This document shows positions 37,601-49,598 of a DNA stretch of 64,000 nt, piece after piece. Both the position numbers and the translations under genes were made by a program. How positions within the stretch are numbered: the first letter of the stretch is position 1; every line of letters begins with the position of its first letter. The DNA is taken from positions 19,840,001 through 19,904,000 of the forward strand of contig NC_087457.1 of NCBI RefSeq assembly GCF_036321535.1. Direction: 5' to 3'. This DNA comes from Camelus dromedarius (lineage: Eukaryota). The notes beneath the pieces were generated by a model. That model had not been told where the DNA came from. It did not search any database and saw nothing but the letters and a program-made list of their open reading frames with translations.

Positions 37601-39429
37601 ACTCTGAGGATAAATGCTCATTCAGATCAATTGTCTCTTAGAGTCCAAACTGATAACGAGAAGAAAAAGATATCCACTCTCCAGTTCTCAAGTCAGCAAG
37701 AACCACATCTGCTAGTCTTGTGTCCAGACCCCAGAGCCTGCTTACAGCAGCTGTTGGCACGTGCTTGCTGGGGCCTGCAGGCACGACCTGGGGAGGAGAC
37801 CCCTGTACCCGGCAGACCCAGACTGACTGCTTGCCACCATTTTCCTGAGCCCAAAGCTGCAGCTGGAGCTTTCGTGGTAGAAAATACCCATTTCTTAATC
37901 CTGTCTTCAAAGGCAAGTCTGGTTGTAAAACAGATTGCCTGTGGTCTGTTCCACATGCATCCCTGGAGCCCTGGAAACACGCCAGGCACTGTGTTAGGTG
38001 CTGGGAACAGAGACGGGAGGAAGGTAATGTTTGCCCCTGAGAGGTTGCTGTCTGGTAGCAGAGCCAGACCCAAACCAAAACACAAACCCAGACAATGACA
38101 AAATAATTTGGCAAAACAGAACCCAGAGGGAGACTTCACTCACCCTGGTGGGCTTCCTAGAGTCTCTGGGTGGATGATTTGGAGTTAGTGAAGCAGGATT
38201 TAAATTTTTCCACTTGTCTCTTTCACAGACATGGTTGGAAATGTGAGCAGGCAGGACCCTCTGGTCACCTCAGGAGATGCCTGTGGCGCTGCTGGGTGGC
38301 ATCCAACTCACTAACTAGGACAGTGAGTAAGAGCCCAGCATTTGCTGCAGGTTCCCAAGTCTCCACCAGCTATTTGCTTTGTTTTGTTTCTCTTTTAATC
38401 CTCAGAGACTTCACGTTTTGAAAACTGATGTCTGCCAATTAAAGTGCATTGATTAAGCCAACCTAACTAGTTTTTCTATTATAATTTAAATAATTTAATA
38501 ACTTAAAGGACATAACTTTTCAATTATAATTTGAATTTAAACACATGTAACTGCCAATTGAAGCTTCTGCTTATCTTGGGAGAGCAAATGACACTACACG
38601 GGGGAGGGTGTAATGTAATTTCTTATAAAATCAAAGAAGTGTTTTAATTAGTTTGTACAGACTTGTGCTAAGGCATGATTTGAATTAGCCTTTTCTTGTT
38701 TTTGTTTTTGTTTTAAGATATTGAAATAGCAACTGGTTCTTTTCTCTGGGAAACACTAACTTTGTGACAGGACTGGGTCTGAATATCAGAGAGTCTAGGG
38801 CAATTTCTGACTCTTTTTATTGATGTGCACATTTATTCCATTTAATTAAGTCTTTCTGGTTGACGCCAGTCATTCTTTTTTCCATTCCACTTCTCCAGAA
38901 AGCCTCCAGCTCCTCATGAAAAGGGATGCAGAAACAAAATTCATTGTCTCCAGTGAAGCTGGAGTATCCATGAACCTAAACCATTAAGTTAAGGAGAAAA
39001 ACCTGCAGATTCCTGGTAATTATCCAGGAACCTTCCTCCCCATCCCATGGCCCTGGAATCTTTCATAACGTGACCTCCAGGCACATGGCCGCACTTCGGG
39101 GCCAGGACGGGCCTCTCTGCTCTTCTCCACATCAGGCTATCGCCAGGGTTTCAGCTCCGTTCACCCTTCCATCCAGGCCTGACACCAGGCTTCTCTAGGA
39201 GCTCTGGTGGAACATCTCCACCAGCTGTGGGACAGCCCCACTTAGATGCCCTGCAGAAGCCTCGGTGCTCGCACAGTCCAGCTCTCCGCACTGTCCCGTC
39301 CTCGTCTCAGATCTGTGTCTGTGCCCGAGCTGCTTATCTCAGCCGGTGGCAGCAGCCCCTCCATCCAGCTCTGGAGCTCTGATTTGGTGCGTAGGCCTTA
39401 TCTGCAATCACTTATTTCAAAAATCAGTC

Positions 39430-40075
39430 ACTGAGTTCTGTTGATTCTACCTCCTAATTAAGTGTATTTCCAATGCCTCCTCCCCTCACGTCCCCACGGT
39501 GCCCTCTGGGTGTGGCACTCGTGATCTTTTGGGGAGATTCCTGTGAGGGACTCAGTACTGCCTTCCCTGCCTCATCCTCCACACCACCTGCAGACTGTGC
39601 TTGAAAACAGTCAGGCTCTATGGCTCCCCTCCTTCAAACCTTTCCAAAGCTTCCCACTGCCTGAGGGTGACATTGGAATTTTGTAGAAAAGTTTACAAGG
39701 CCCTTTTCAACCTCACATCTCCTGCTTCTCCAGAACAGAACACCCTCCTCCCGCCACGCAGAGCCCTCTCTCCTTCCTCACCAAGCCCGGCTCCTTGGCT
39801 CCTCGGCTCCTCGAGCTGCCCAGCTGTTGCCCTGCTGGGAACGCCCTTCTGCCCTCTCCCTCCGTTTCACCCTTCAGCACCCAGCTGAGCTGCCACCTCC
39901 TTCTCTGGGCTTCTGGGTGGAGTCTCCCTCTGGCACATTTTAGTGAAATGACTTCTCTGTCCCCTTGAAAAGACTATAAACACTTCTGAGTCAAGCAGGG
40001 TGACTTACACTTCTGTAGCATTCCTCTGTTGGTCCCTAGTATATTTAACAAATGTCTGTTGACTGAATAACCAAG
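39430..40075 (-). mobile_element. L2 LINE fragment
   Basis: cagtcactgagttctgttgattctacctcc..., gactataaacacttctgag..., aacaaatgtctgttgactgaata are diagnostic L2 motifs; boundaries approximate. Confidence 0.55.
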
Positions 40076-40319
40076 TAAACATGGAGGACTAATGCTGCTG
40101 AATTCCAGGAACCCCCAAAGGAAACAAAGCTGTCAGGTCTGCACCTCTTTGCTCATGGGGTCTGACCACTCAAGCTTGGATGGCATAAATGTTAATTAAT
40201 ATTAATCTTATGAGTATGTATAGTTTAGGCACAGGTCTAAACTATGAAAGAATAAGAAACAGACATTTAGAAGTTATGATACTTAGTACTTACTATGAGT
40301 TGGGCCTGATTCAAATTTC

Positions 40320-40660
40320 TTTACTATTATTATGTCCATTTTACAGATATGAAAACTGAGGTTTAGTAACAATTTCCCTAGGATCACAGCCTTAGTGTCA
40401 ATGATGCTTTGACCTCTGAGACTGTCCAGAGTCTGTGCTCCAACCTGCTACATAAAATAATAAAAATAACAACAGCTAACAGACTTTGAGTGCTTATCAC
40501 GTGCCGGGCTCTGTCCTAAATGCTGTCTGTGATTTATCTGATGGGAACCCTGGCAGTTTATCCTAGCTGTGATTTGTTTTCCTCATCTGTAAAATGGGAT
40601 AATAACGCTTCCCAACCTTACAGGTTTGCAGTGAGGATTAAATAAGATAATACATGGAAA
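40320..40660. mobile_element. Cluster of MIR SINE fragments in opposite orientations
   Basis: Minus copy ccattttacagatatgaaaactgagg (~40337) and plus copy tttcctcatctgtaaaatggg (~40577). Confidence 0.65.
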
Positions 40661-43155
40661 CTCTAGACTTGTGCAGACCTACCTGCTTAAATGAGCAATT
40701 TTTCATGCTACTCACAGTTCTAGGGAATAATGATGGAGAAAGTGGAAATGACACTCCTGGCTGACAGTGACAGTGAAGAGGGTCCAGCCCTAGAAGAGTC
40801 AGAGGGGTGGATGGAAGTTACACCAAAGCACCTCGACAGAGGTAAACTTGAGGAGAAATGGCTGTCACTGAAGCATTCATGTATGCTGGAGCAAGAAACT
40901 TAAGCCCCTCCAGGTGACTGCTATCACCCTAATGGGACTTCCAGCCCATTGGCGGCTGCAGTTTGAAACCTCAGGGCACTCATGGCCTCGCTGACCCTGC
41001 TTCCACTTCTGGAAAATCAGATGCTGGGATTCAGTTATCTCGAAAGTTCCATCCAGTTCAGCATTCTCTGACCCCACGGCCCGAGGCTCTGGTTGACCAA
41101 GATCCTTTATCAGCCTGTCATTCCTTGCTGTCCCAGAGGAGAGCATCCTTCTTTCTTGTTTAAAGCCACCCTTTCTCCGGTGAGCTCCTTCTTTCCCCAT
41201 CACAGAGGGACTCTGACACTCTCTGCAACCCTGCCCTCTCCATTGGCCAATTTTCTTTGCCTCCAAGCCTATGCACATGTGTCCCTGAACTTAAAACTTT
41301 GCCCAGATCGGCTATCTCTGACTCTCCACTGTGCCTGTCTCCTTTACCCATCTGGACCATTAATTCTCTCCCCAGTGCCTTCCCACCTCCCATAATGTTC
41401 CCTCCATGACAACTTTTAGATAGCTGTGCTTGCCCAAGAGGACAATGGATAAAGAATTCCTTAGCCTACCTAGCGGAGATAGGCTGAGTACCTGTAAATT
41501 AATAGAAGCAAGATAAATACAAAGTGACCCTTCTGCTTTGCAAACTAAAAAAGCCTAAAAAACTATTTTAAAAATGTTTTGTTTTTATAGTGGGATTTTT
41601 TGGGGGGGGGCGGGGAGGGATGCAGTGGGAAGAGGAGGCCTAGGAAGATGTGAGAGATGAAAAGAGATGAAGAGGGACAGACTGAGGGGGGACAGAGGGA
41701 GTTGTCCTCGTGGGGAGGGCCCTGGAGTAAAGCTGGTTGGCAGGAGTGAGGAGAGAAAAGTCACAGGAGAGGGGAGGCATTCGTGTGAAGGAGCAGTAGC
41801 AGAGTGAGGGGAATCCATACATCAAGAGGAGAGAACAGGAGGAGGCCGAGGAGTTAGTGTGAAAATTGAAATACTAAGTGGCATTTCCTTTGGCAAAATA
41901 AGAAAGAGTCTGGCTCTTTGGGTGTCTCCCAACATGGAGGTAATTGCAGGAGGGGTGGTCTAGACTGCAGAACTTTGGCGAGTGTATTTCAGTCACTAGA
42001 AACCCTGCCCTGGTCCTTCTTTTGTTTGCTTCTTCCCTGGACTGTTTCTTTTGTTGCTTAAATGAGGGTTTGTTGGGAGGCACTATCCCTTGTACTTCCT
42101 GATTTTATCTCTGTTTGTACTTTTCTTGCCAAATTTGTACTCTTCTTGAATGGGTTTAGGATCAGAGAACACCAGAAGGTGGACAAAAGCAAATAGAAGG
42201 AGGTATCAGTCTTGAAAACTGCTTTCTTATTCTGTTAGGTCCGCTTTGTTATGAAATTGTTTTAAAAAATGCCAAAAATGCAATCCTGAAATTTAAATGG
42301 CCTCTGGTCCTTTGATGTCAGGCTGAACTCTCCACTGAAGTCATTGGAAAGGGGAGTTCTGGATGCTGCTGTTGGTTCTTTCACGGGTGGGACTGTGGGG
42401 AAGATTCAGCTCACCCAAGAGTGTTTACATATTAGGTTGGCTAAAAACAAAGAAACAGTTATACCTTACCTTACCAGTCAAGTTGCTTTGCTTCTGGAAA
42501 TGTATCTTCTTTCCTTTTTGCACGTGTCAGGAAAGCATATCCCATTTTCAGTACTCTGGTTCATACTCTTTAGCTCGTTGAGATCTTGCCACATTCTGCA
42601 TGTTCCCGGGGGGCTTCAGATCGCTTCTTGCTTTGCAGGCTGTGTGAACTCTTCATTTCCTGCTTTCTCGGAATGACGTTAATGATCTATTCGTGTTTTT
42701 ACATTTTAAAATGCTGCAACAAAATAGAGCTCGCCTTATCTTTGTTATTGGAAAGAAATACATCCTATCAGCCAGCCCTAGAAGTCAAGAAAACTAGTTT
42801 CTCTGGGGCATGACATTAAATCCGTCATTTCCTTGATTAATGATCTGAGCTGTGCTCAGAACCATCACTCAGCTAAGGACTGGTGACTGAGGGGGAGTCA
42901 AAGGCCTTGGACGGTCTTTAGTTTTAGCAGCTTTTCTAAGCTATTTTTCATGAAAAAAAAAAAGAAAGAAAAAGACCTCTCAAATCCTGTGCCAATTAAA
43001 GTTATTTCACACTTATTTCTAAGACGCTTCTAGACTTGATTAGCAGCTTTAAATAATACGTATCTATATTGAAAATAAGAAAAAACATTACTTCTTAGTA
43101 AGCTATATTGTTTAATACTATAAACTTTGAAAAAGAGTGGAACATGTTAAAAAAT

Positions 43156-43348
43156 ATAACAAGGTCCTACTGTATAGCACAGTGAACTATATTCAGTATC
43201 TTGTAATAAGCTATAATGCAAAGGAATCTGAAAAAGAATATAAATATATATATATGCATAACCAAATCACTTTGCTGTACACCTGAAACTAACACAACAC
43301 TGTAAATCAATTATACTTCAATTTAAAAAATTAATTTATTAAAAAAAA
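43156..43348 (+). mobile_element. Short 5'-truncated L1 3' end (cetartiodactyl-type L1 3' UTR)
   Basis: aacaaggtcctactgtatagcacagtgaactatattc...aatcactttgctgtacacctgaaactaacacaacactgtaaatcaattatacttcaattt plus A-rich tail. Confidence 0.8.
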
Positions 43349-43869
43349 GAAATAATGAAAAGTCCTTGGAAGGAAAAAGTTAGAACCCACTGTTGAAGAT
43401 ACGTCTTTATCTTAGAGTTGTTAACCACTGACTTTTGGGTTCAGACACCTGACGCCTATCATTGACGCATACCCTGGGCTCTGACAGCTGCTGCCTGGTA
43501 GCTAGTCTCACCAACATGTGAAAAAGCCTGGACAGCAGAGAAGGAAACTCAGGGGATGGGCACAGACCACAAAGGGACCACTGTGGTTGTTGAAACAGCA
43601 GCACCTGTGAGGATGCCGTTGCCGGCAGCAAGCCAAGGAGAATATTCTGAATTACGAAGCGCTCTTTCAGATCTGCTACAGCTTTATCTTTGGCTTGGAG
43701 ATATACACATACCTTAGCAGCAAAGAAAAGAGGTCATCCAACTCAAGCCTGAGAAATGCAGGAGCTGGCCATGGGCTGGAGCAGACAGTTTCAGTCTTGC
43801 GGCTGGTGGAATGCTGAGTGGGCATTATCTGACCTAAAATGTGGCCAGTTAGATTTTTACAAATAGTTA

Positions 43870-43958
43870 TTATATTTCTTTTCCTTTTTCCCCTTCTTCC
43901 CTCCTTCCTCTTTCTCTCTCTCTTTCTTTCTTTCTTCCTTCCTCTTTCTTTCTTTTAG
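43870..43958. repeat. Polypyrimidine low-complexity tract
   Basis: CT/TTTC-rich run of ~85 nt. Confidence 0.85.
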
Positions 43959-44037
43959 AGGATTATTATGGGTGAAAGAGGGAGAGATCAGAATTGGATT
44001 GCTTGGAATTATTCTCAGATCTTTGAAATAAAACTTA

Positions 44038-44226
44038 CACTGTCCAGTCCAGTAGCCACAAGCTATATGAAACTATTCAAATTTAACTTAATAAAAATTA
44101 ACTAAAATTAAACATTCAGGTTCTCACTTCAGCCACATTTCAACAACAGCCACATGCACTAGTGGCTATGCTATTAGCACAGAGATGGAACATTTCCATG
44201 GCAGAATATTCTGTTGTACAGTGCTG
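44038..44226. mobile_element. MER3-like hAT-Charlie element
   Basis: cactgtccag...agtagccac...aaatttaa...cagccacatttcaa...gtggcta...ttctgttgtacagtgctg followed by ctctagaa. Confidence 0.65.
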
Positions 44227-45956
44227 CTCTAGAATTTCTGGAGTCCTTTTCCAAATATTATAGAGCTACTTTATTTCTTTAAGCATCCTTAACATCTTTG
44301 AACTTTTTCATGTATAAAATGAGGCTAGTAAGGGCTCCTTCAAAGGACTGCTATGAAATTTAAATGTAATATTAATTGAATGAAGCATACATTTCAGTAC
44401 CTAGCATGTTATTATGCTCAATAAATGGCAGCTCAACAGCAAGTCCACTCAGATTTGAGCCAAACACATTTGTACTTTTCAAGTACCTGTAACCTGCCAA
44501 CCTTTCTGAAACAATTTCCTTAGGAATCAGACTATTTTGATGGGAACAAGTCACTATTTTTGTGGGAACATTATCAAATCATGGTGAATGATGAACATAA
44601 AAAGAGTAAGGCTTTGCTTTTCACATGCTTTTGTCTTGATAGGAAAAAGAAATAAAGAAATGAAAATCCCTTACAAGGAGTAACATTTTTGGCCCACAAC
44701 TCACTTTTTTAAGTCCAATGAGATGAAAATCTCTCCAAAGAGGTGTTTATACTATAGGTATCAACACAGCCTTGGGTCTAGACAGGCTGACCGACTGCTC
44801 TAAAGAGAACTGTGTGTACATAGGAGGGTAATTACTTCGGGCTACAGCTGCCAACATGATTTAGCAAACTCCCAGCCTGCAAAGGACTGATCATCCCCTG
44901 GAGAACGGGCCCAAATTCATTGCAACTGCACAGACCTACCTGAGCTTTCTTTGCCATAGGCTCTTAGAGGTTTTTTGTAATTTGCATTCTTTAGGCAAAT
45001 GGAATTTAAATTCCTTAGGCAAATTTCACCCTGATGGAACACCAAGATGACATACATGCCGTGATCTCACTGTTCAGGATTTCTGCTTTATAATCATTCA
45101 TGTATGCTTCAACAGGCAGGTGAGGTAGAACATTTGGGCTAAGTTCTACTTTGCTTTTGTGAATGCTCCTTTACCTTTGAAAAGCTCTTGCTTTTCATAG
45201 CACCTTCACAAATATGTCAGTTGCACTTCACGCTTATCTTGTGTGGTGCGAAGGACATCATGACGTAGTGCAGAGAGTCACAGGACCGGGGCCCCGCTCC
45301 TGGGCTGCAGGGTGAGAAGCCTGTAAGGCGGTGTTTCCCTGGTGCCCATGATCCGAGGGCTCGGATGGGCTGCAGTCAGACCACACTTCTCATGCTTCCT
45401 CACTTGCAAATGCAGAGCAGCAGGCTCTGTCTCCTGGGCAGGCGGGAGTCTTGGTACACTTCCAACCAGGTATTCAATCTGCAAGCAGAACTGCAAATTC
45501 TGTCAACCGTTAACCTGAAACAAAGCTGCTGCCTCACATTTATCTTGACTTACTTCATTTCTCCTTAACCATCTCAGTAATGGGATGATGCAATAATTTC
45601 TTGGAGACTTTAACGTGGTTATTTTGCTATGGACCTTCATTTTTCTAGTGTTCTTCCCAATTCTGATGCTGAAGCGATGTGGACTGGCTCTAACTATAAG
45701 AAATCTACCTCCGCATTAGGGAGAGATCAGCAGATGGGGAGGTGGTCTGGGCTAGTGGAACTGGGCTGGCATTTTAGCTCCTCTTTGTGGCCCTGGGTAC
45801 CTTAAGTTGTCACTAAGTCATAGCCTCCCCTTATGATAATACCTGCACTTCGTGGGGTATGTGTGAGGATTTTACAAAAGTGGGCAAAAGTGGCATAAAG
45901 ACCCATGAACGTAGCTATAAAATCTCACACAGCTCTCTAAAGCTTGTCTCCTGCTG

Positions 45957-45960
<4 letters not shown>

Positions 45961-46030
<70 letters not shown>
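45961..46030. repeat. (CA)35 perfect microsatellite
   Basis: 70 uninterrupted CA bases. Confidence 0.98.
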
Positions 46031-46035
<5 letters not shown>

Positions 46036-46894
46036 TAGCAATGTTGGAAAAGCACCAATTTAGATTATCTTCCACAGTTTTTCTTCAGATTTTACTTCCC
46101 CCAAATCTCACCTGTTTCCCTCAGCCCTGAAAAAAAAAATCAATTAAGAACCTGTGTAATTTTGTCAGAGTTTTCCAAGTTATTCCATCCATACATCGGT
46201 CGGCAGGATGCCACGTGGCATTATCATTTCTATTTGAATATCCAGGAGAGATTTGGAGGATTGCAGTGTCTTCAGCACTGAGCAATGTGGAAACTCCACA
46301 AACAGTAGGTGTTGGCATAACGACCTCGTGAGGTGAATAAGAAAATGGGTGGCGACAAAAGCAATCTGAATCGACCTGGGGTGGGGGGTGCCCATGAGAG
46401 TGCCTCTTCTACCCTGGTGACCAGCTTGTAACCTATTAGTACCTCCCGACTCCAGAGCTGTTCACACAACTAGAATATTAGATATTTCAGGCCCAAGACA
46501 TTTTGATCCTTTATTTTCTTATGGCTCTGAGGAAACCAGGACTGGAGGCAGAGGCAGATAAGAAAACCTTTGGTCTCTGTGCATCTTTTTAAAACCTTAT
46601 ACAACGAGGTTGATTTTTCCGCTTTACTATGCCCAGAGCGAATATTTGTCAAAATCAGACCTAAGATCCATATCACATTGTCTCCGAGAAATGAGACTGG
46701 TTAAAATTCCATCAGAAAGAACTCTCTAATTTAGAATCCACGGCATCTATGTCATCTTCACCCGTTTGAACCTTAGGACTTTACTAGGTTTCACTCAGTC
46801 CTGTCTCTGCCATCTCAAAACAGGCACTGATGAGCCACAGTGAGGGCTTCGGACAGACGGCAGCCTAGATTCTCCCCCTTTTCAAATAACAGAG

Positions 46895-47040
46895 GCAAAT
46901 TCAATCCATTCCATTTGGCAAATAATAAATTTATTAGGTGCCTACAAGTACAAAACACTGAAAGCTGCTGTAGGGGATGATGAAGACGCGTATCAGAGCC
47001 CTGCTCTCAGAGAGCTTACAACCTGGGCAATTAGTCACAA
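46895..47040. mobile_element. L2 3'-end fragment
   Basis: ccattccatttggcaaataataaatttattaggtgcctac...gccctgctctcagagagcttaca resembles the L2 terminal motif. Confidence 0.55.
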
Positions 47041-47494
47041 TTAGTAAATTGTGGCGGTATCACTTTAGGTGGCTTAAAGCAGAGTTCTTGAAAATGTTCA
47101 CATCCTTCAAATTCTCCTCGGGCCAAATATGTAAGGAATCCTTTCAACAGGAAAGCCACACAGTGGGAAAGAGACCTTTTCTGGAATTAATCGGTGACCT
47201 TGGCTTTGCTTATGAGCATCTTTCAGTTGCTGTTGCTTATTCTTGTAACTTTCTCAGCATCGTTTCCTCGAGACCTTTGTTTGGAGAGCATCTCCGTGCT
47301 TCCTGAACCTTCACCAGGGTTTCCTGTTTGTTAGTGAGTGGCTCAGTTGCAGTTTGGCCTTGGAATGATTTGCAGTCTGATTTTTCCTGCAGCAAATCTG
47401 TGTTTTCATTTCAGTTGATGCTACAATGGTATGACTTGCCATCTGTGGTTTTGAGGGTGGGAGTGAGATGCGATACAACGGAAAGCAGGCTAGA

Positions 47495-49477
47495 CGTTTC
47501 CCTTACTTTAAACATTTAATAGTGCACGTATTGATTATATTCTGTACAGATATAGAGCAAGTTATAAACCTCTTCTTTTATTTTCTTTTTTCTCACTTAG
47601 ACTGTATTNNNNNNNNNNNNNNNNNNNNNNNNNNNNNNNNNNNNNNNNNNNNNNNNNNNNNNNNNNNNNNNNNNNNNNNNNNNNNNNNNNNNNNNNNNNN
47701 NNNNNNNNNNNNNNNNNNNNNNNNNNNNNNNNNNNNNNNNNNNNNNNNNNNNNNNNNNNNNNNNNNNNNNNNNNNNNNNNNNNNNNNNNNNNNNNNNNNN
47801 NNNNNNNNNNNNCAGTGGACAGGTGTACATGTTTCTTAATAGAATGGTATATACAACATACAATCTTACAGATTTGAAAGGCTTTAAAATTGAATATACA
47901 AGTATATCTTCACGAGGAACACTAATATCCAAAATACTCAAAATTAAACTCTGATCTGTCCCCTGCCCCCAAATTCTTCAAGGAATCTCTGAAATAACAC
48001 TGACAATGGTAACTAAATTATGTTATAACAAAATAAAAATCCTTCTTACAACTCTCATTCATACATTATTCACTTTTGACCCACATAAAATAAATTCACT
48101 AATACTGTCTTTTGAGCCAACCTTTACCATTACAGAAAAACCTGTATAACGACCACCCTTGCAAAAAATCTGCACTGGTGTTTTTGTTTGTTTGTTTGTT
48201 TGTTTTTTACTGCAATTACTACTTCCCATTACTACTAAAATATATTCTAAGGGCATCATAAAGGAGAAGAAAAAGAAACGTAGGAAAAACAAAACAAACA
48301 AAAAAAGAAACCCTATTTGCTGGTAAGGACAAACCCAGTTAATAAACATATGCAGCTTTGAAAAAATGCTGTTAATAACCATAACCATAACAGCAACAGA
48401 CAACCTTTGTGGCTGGACTAAATTTACAAGGACTTCCTTGGGACATAGCTTCCTGTGTTCCCATACACAGTGCCTTAAAGAGTTTCTGTTATAAACACGG
48501 AAATGCAAAGAATTTGCAGACAAGTAAAAAGTTTTGATGCCTGAATCAGGAGTAGATGTTAGAGTGTTCATTTTTTGTTACATCTCAACTTAAAAACAAA
48601 ACAAACAAAACAAAACAAAACAAAAACCCCAAAACCAAAAACTGCATTGGAGCTAGCAAGAGGGAGTTTTCATCCCTGAATTCACCTATACTGGATAAAA
48701 ACGACCTCACTCTTTGCAATGAGGTCTAGAGACAAACTGCATTTGAAATGGGCTATCTGAGTAAATTTATTATAATTACTTTTAAAGTAAAGAAGAGGTT
48801 GGTGGAGAAGAAATGTTTACTTGCTCAGGTTAAAAAAAAAAAAAAAAGACAAGGGTAGGTTGTCCAACACCTCAAATGGGTTCCCTTTCTGGATGATTCC
48901 ATGGGTAGTCAGCTATTCCAGGTTAAACTGAACCTGATGCATCAAGATCCTTCTTGGAGGTGTCTCAGTGTGCCAGACACTGCGTCCCAACTTCCACATC
49001 TACGCCATTCAACCAGCACCAAACACACATACACACACTCCTCTGTGCAAACCTTTCTTTGCTCTTCTCAGTGAGAAAACATGTCAAAGAGTACCAACTA
49101 TTCCAGTGGATACACCAGCCCTCAACACACTGCAAATAAAATGACATAGGTACACGGACACATAAACCGACATCACAAGAGAGTGAAGTCTCTTCATGAC
49201 CTTCCCTAACGTATTTATAGAGTTTTGCTTCTCAGAAGCAATTCGAATAAGAATACATTTTTTTGCACAGTCATATATTCCAGTCAAGGTCCATAATACA
49301 GACCTTAAACAAACAGGAAGCAGCTTTAAAAATGTATCAAATTGCTATAGTCAATTCCTATACTCCAACTTGTAGTTTTGTTTCAGGATTAGACACAGAA
49401 CCCAGTCTTCCAAGGATGGGCAAGGGTTCTAGAAACAAACACCCAGATAATGGACACAGTTGCTTTTGCTGCAGGAA
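47495..49477 (-). other. DLC1: DLC1 3' UTR (approximate end)
   Basis: AU-rich sequence after the stop. Contains minus-strand poly(A) hexamers, miRNA seed matches and a Pumilio element (UGUAUAUA, plus 47848-47855). Includes an N gap at 47609-47812. Confidence 0.7.
47515..47582 (-). terminator. DLC1: Likely DLC1 poly(A) signal region (AATAAA 47577-47582; ATTAAA 47515-47520)
   Basis: Minus-strand AATAAA, then UGUA (palindrome tctgtacaga 47541-47550), then ATTAAA, followed by a GU/U-rich element (ctttccgttgtat) ~30-40 nt downstream. Confidence 0.6.
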
Positions 49478-49598
49478 TCACCTGGATTTGGTGTCTTTGG
49501 TTTCAGCATTCTGATTACTGAAGGAGTCTCGGATCTTTACAACTTCAGCTGCACACAGATGTCCAAAAGATTTCGTGTACCACTCTGGCATGTGGCCC
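49478..49598 (-). CDS. DLC1: DLC1 last coding exon (exon 18 equivalent)
   Basis: tctgctgtAG|G acceptor; 121 coding nt; (R)GHMPEWYTKSFGHLCAAEVVKIRDSFSNQNAETKDTKSR*, TGA = plus tca 49478-49480. Confidence 0.97.

Noticed and set aside
37631-38139. Three overlapping ~150-aa ORFs
   Set aside because: No recognisable protein; part of the span (~37970-38050) is L2-like, so chance openness is likely.
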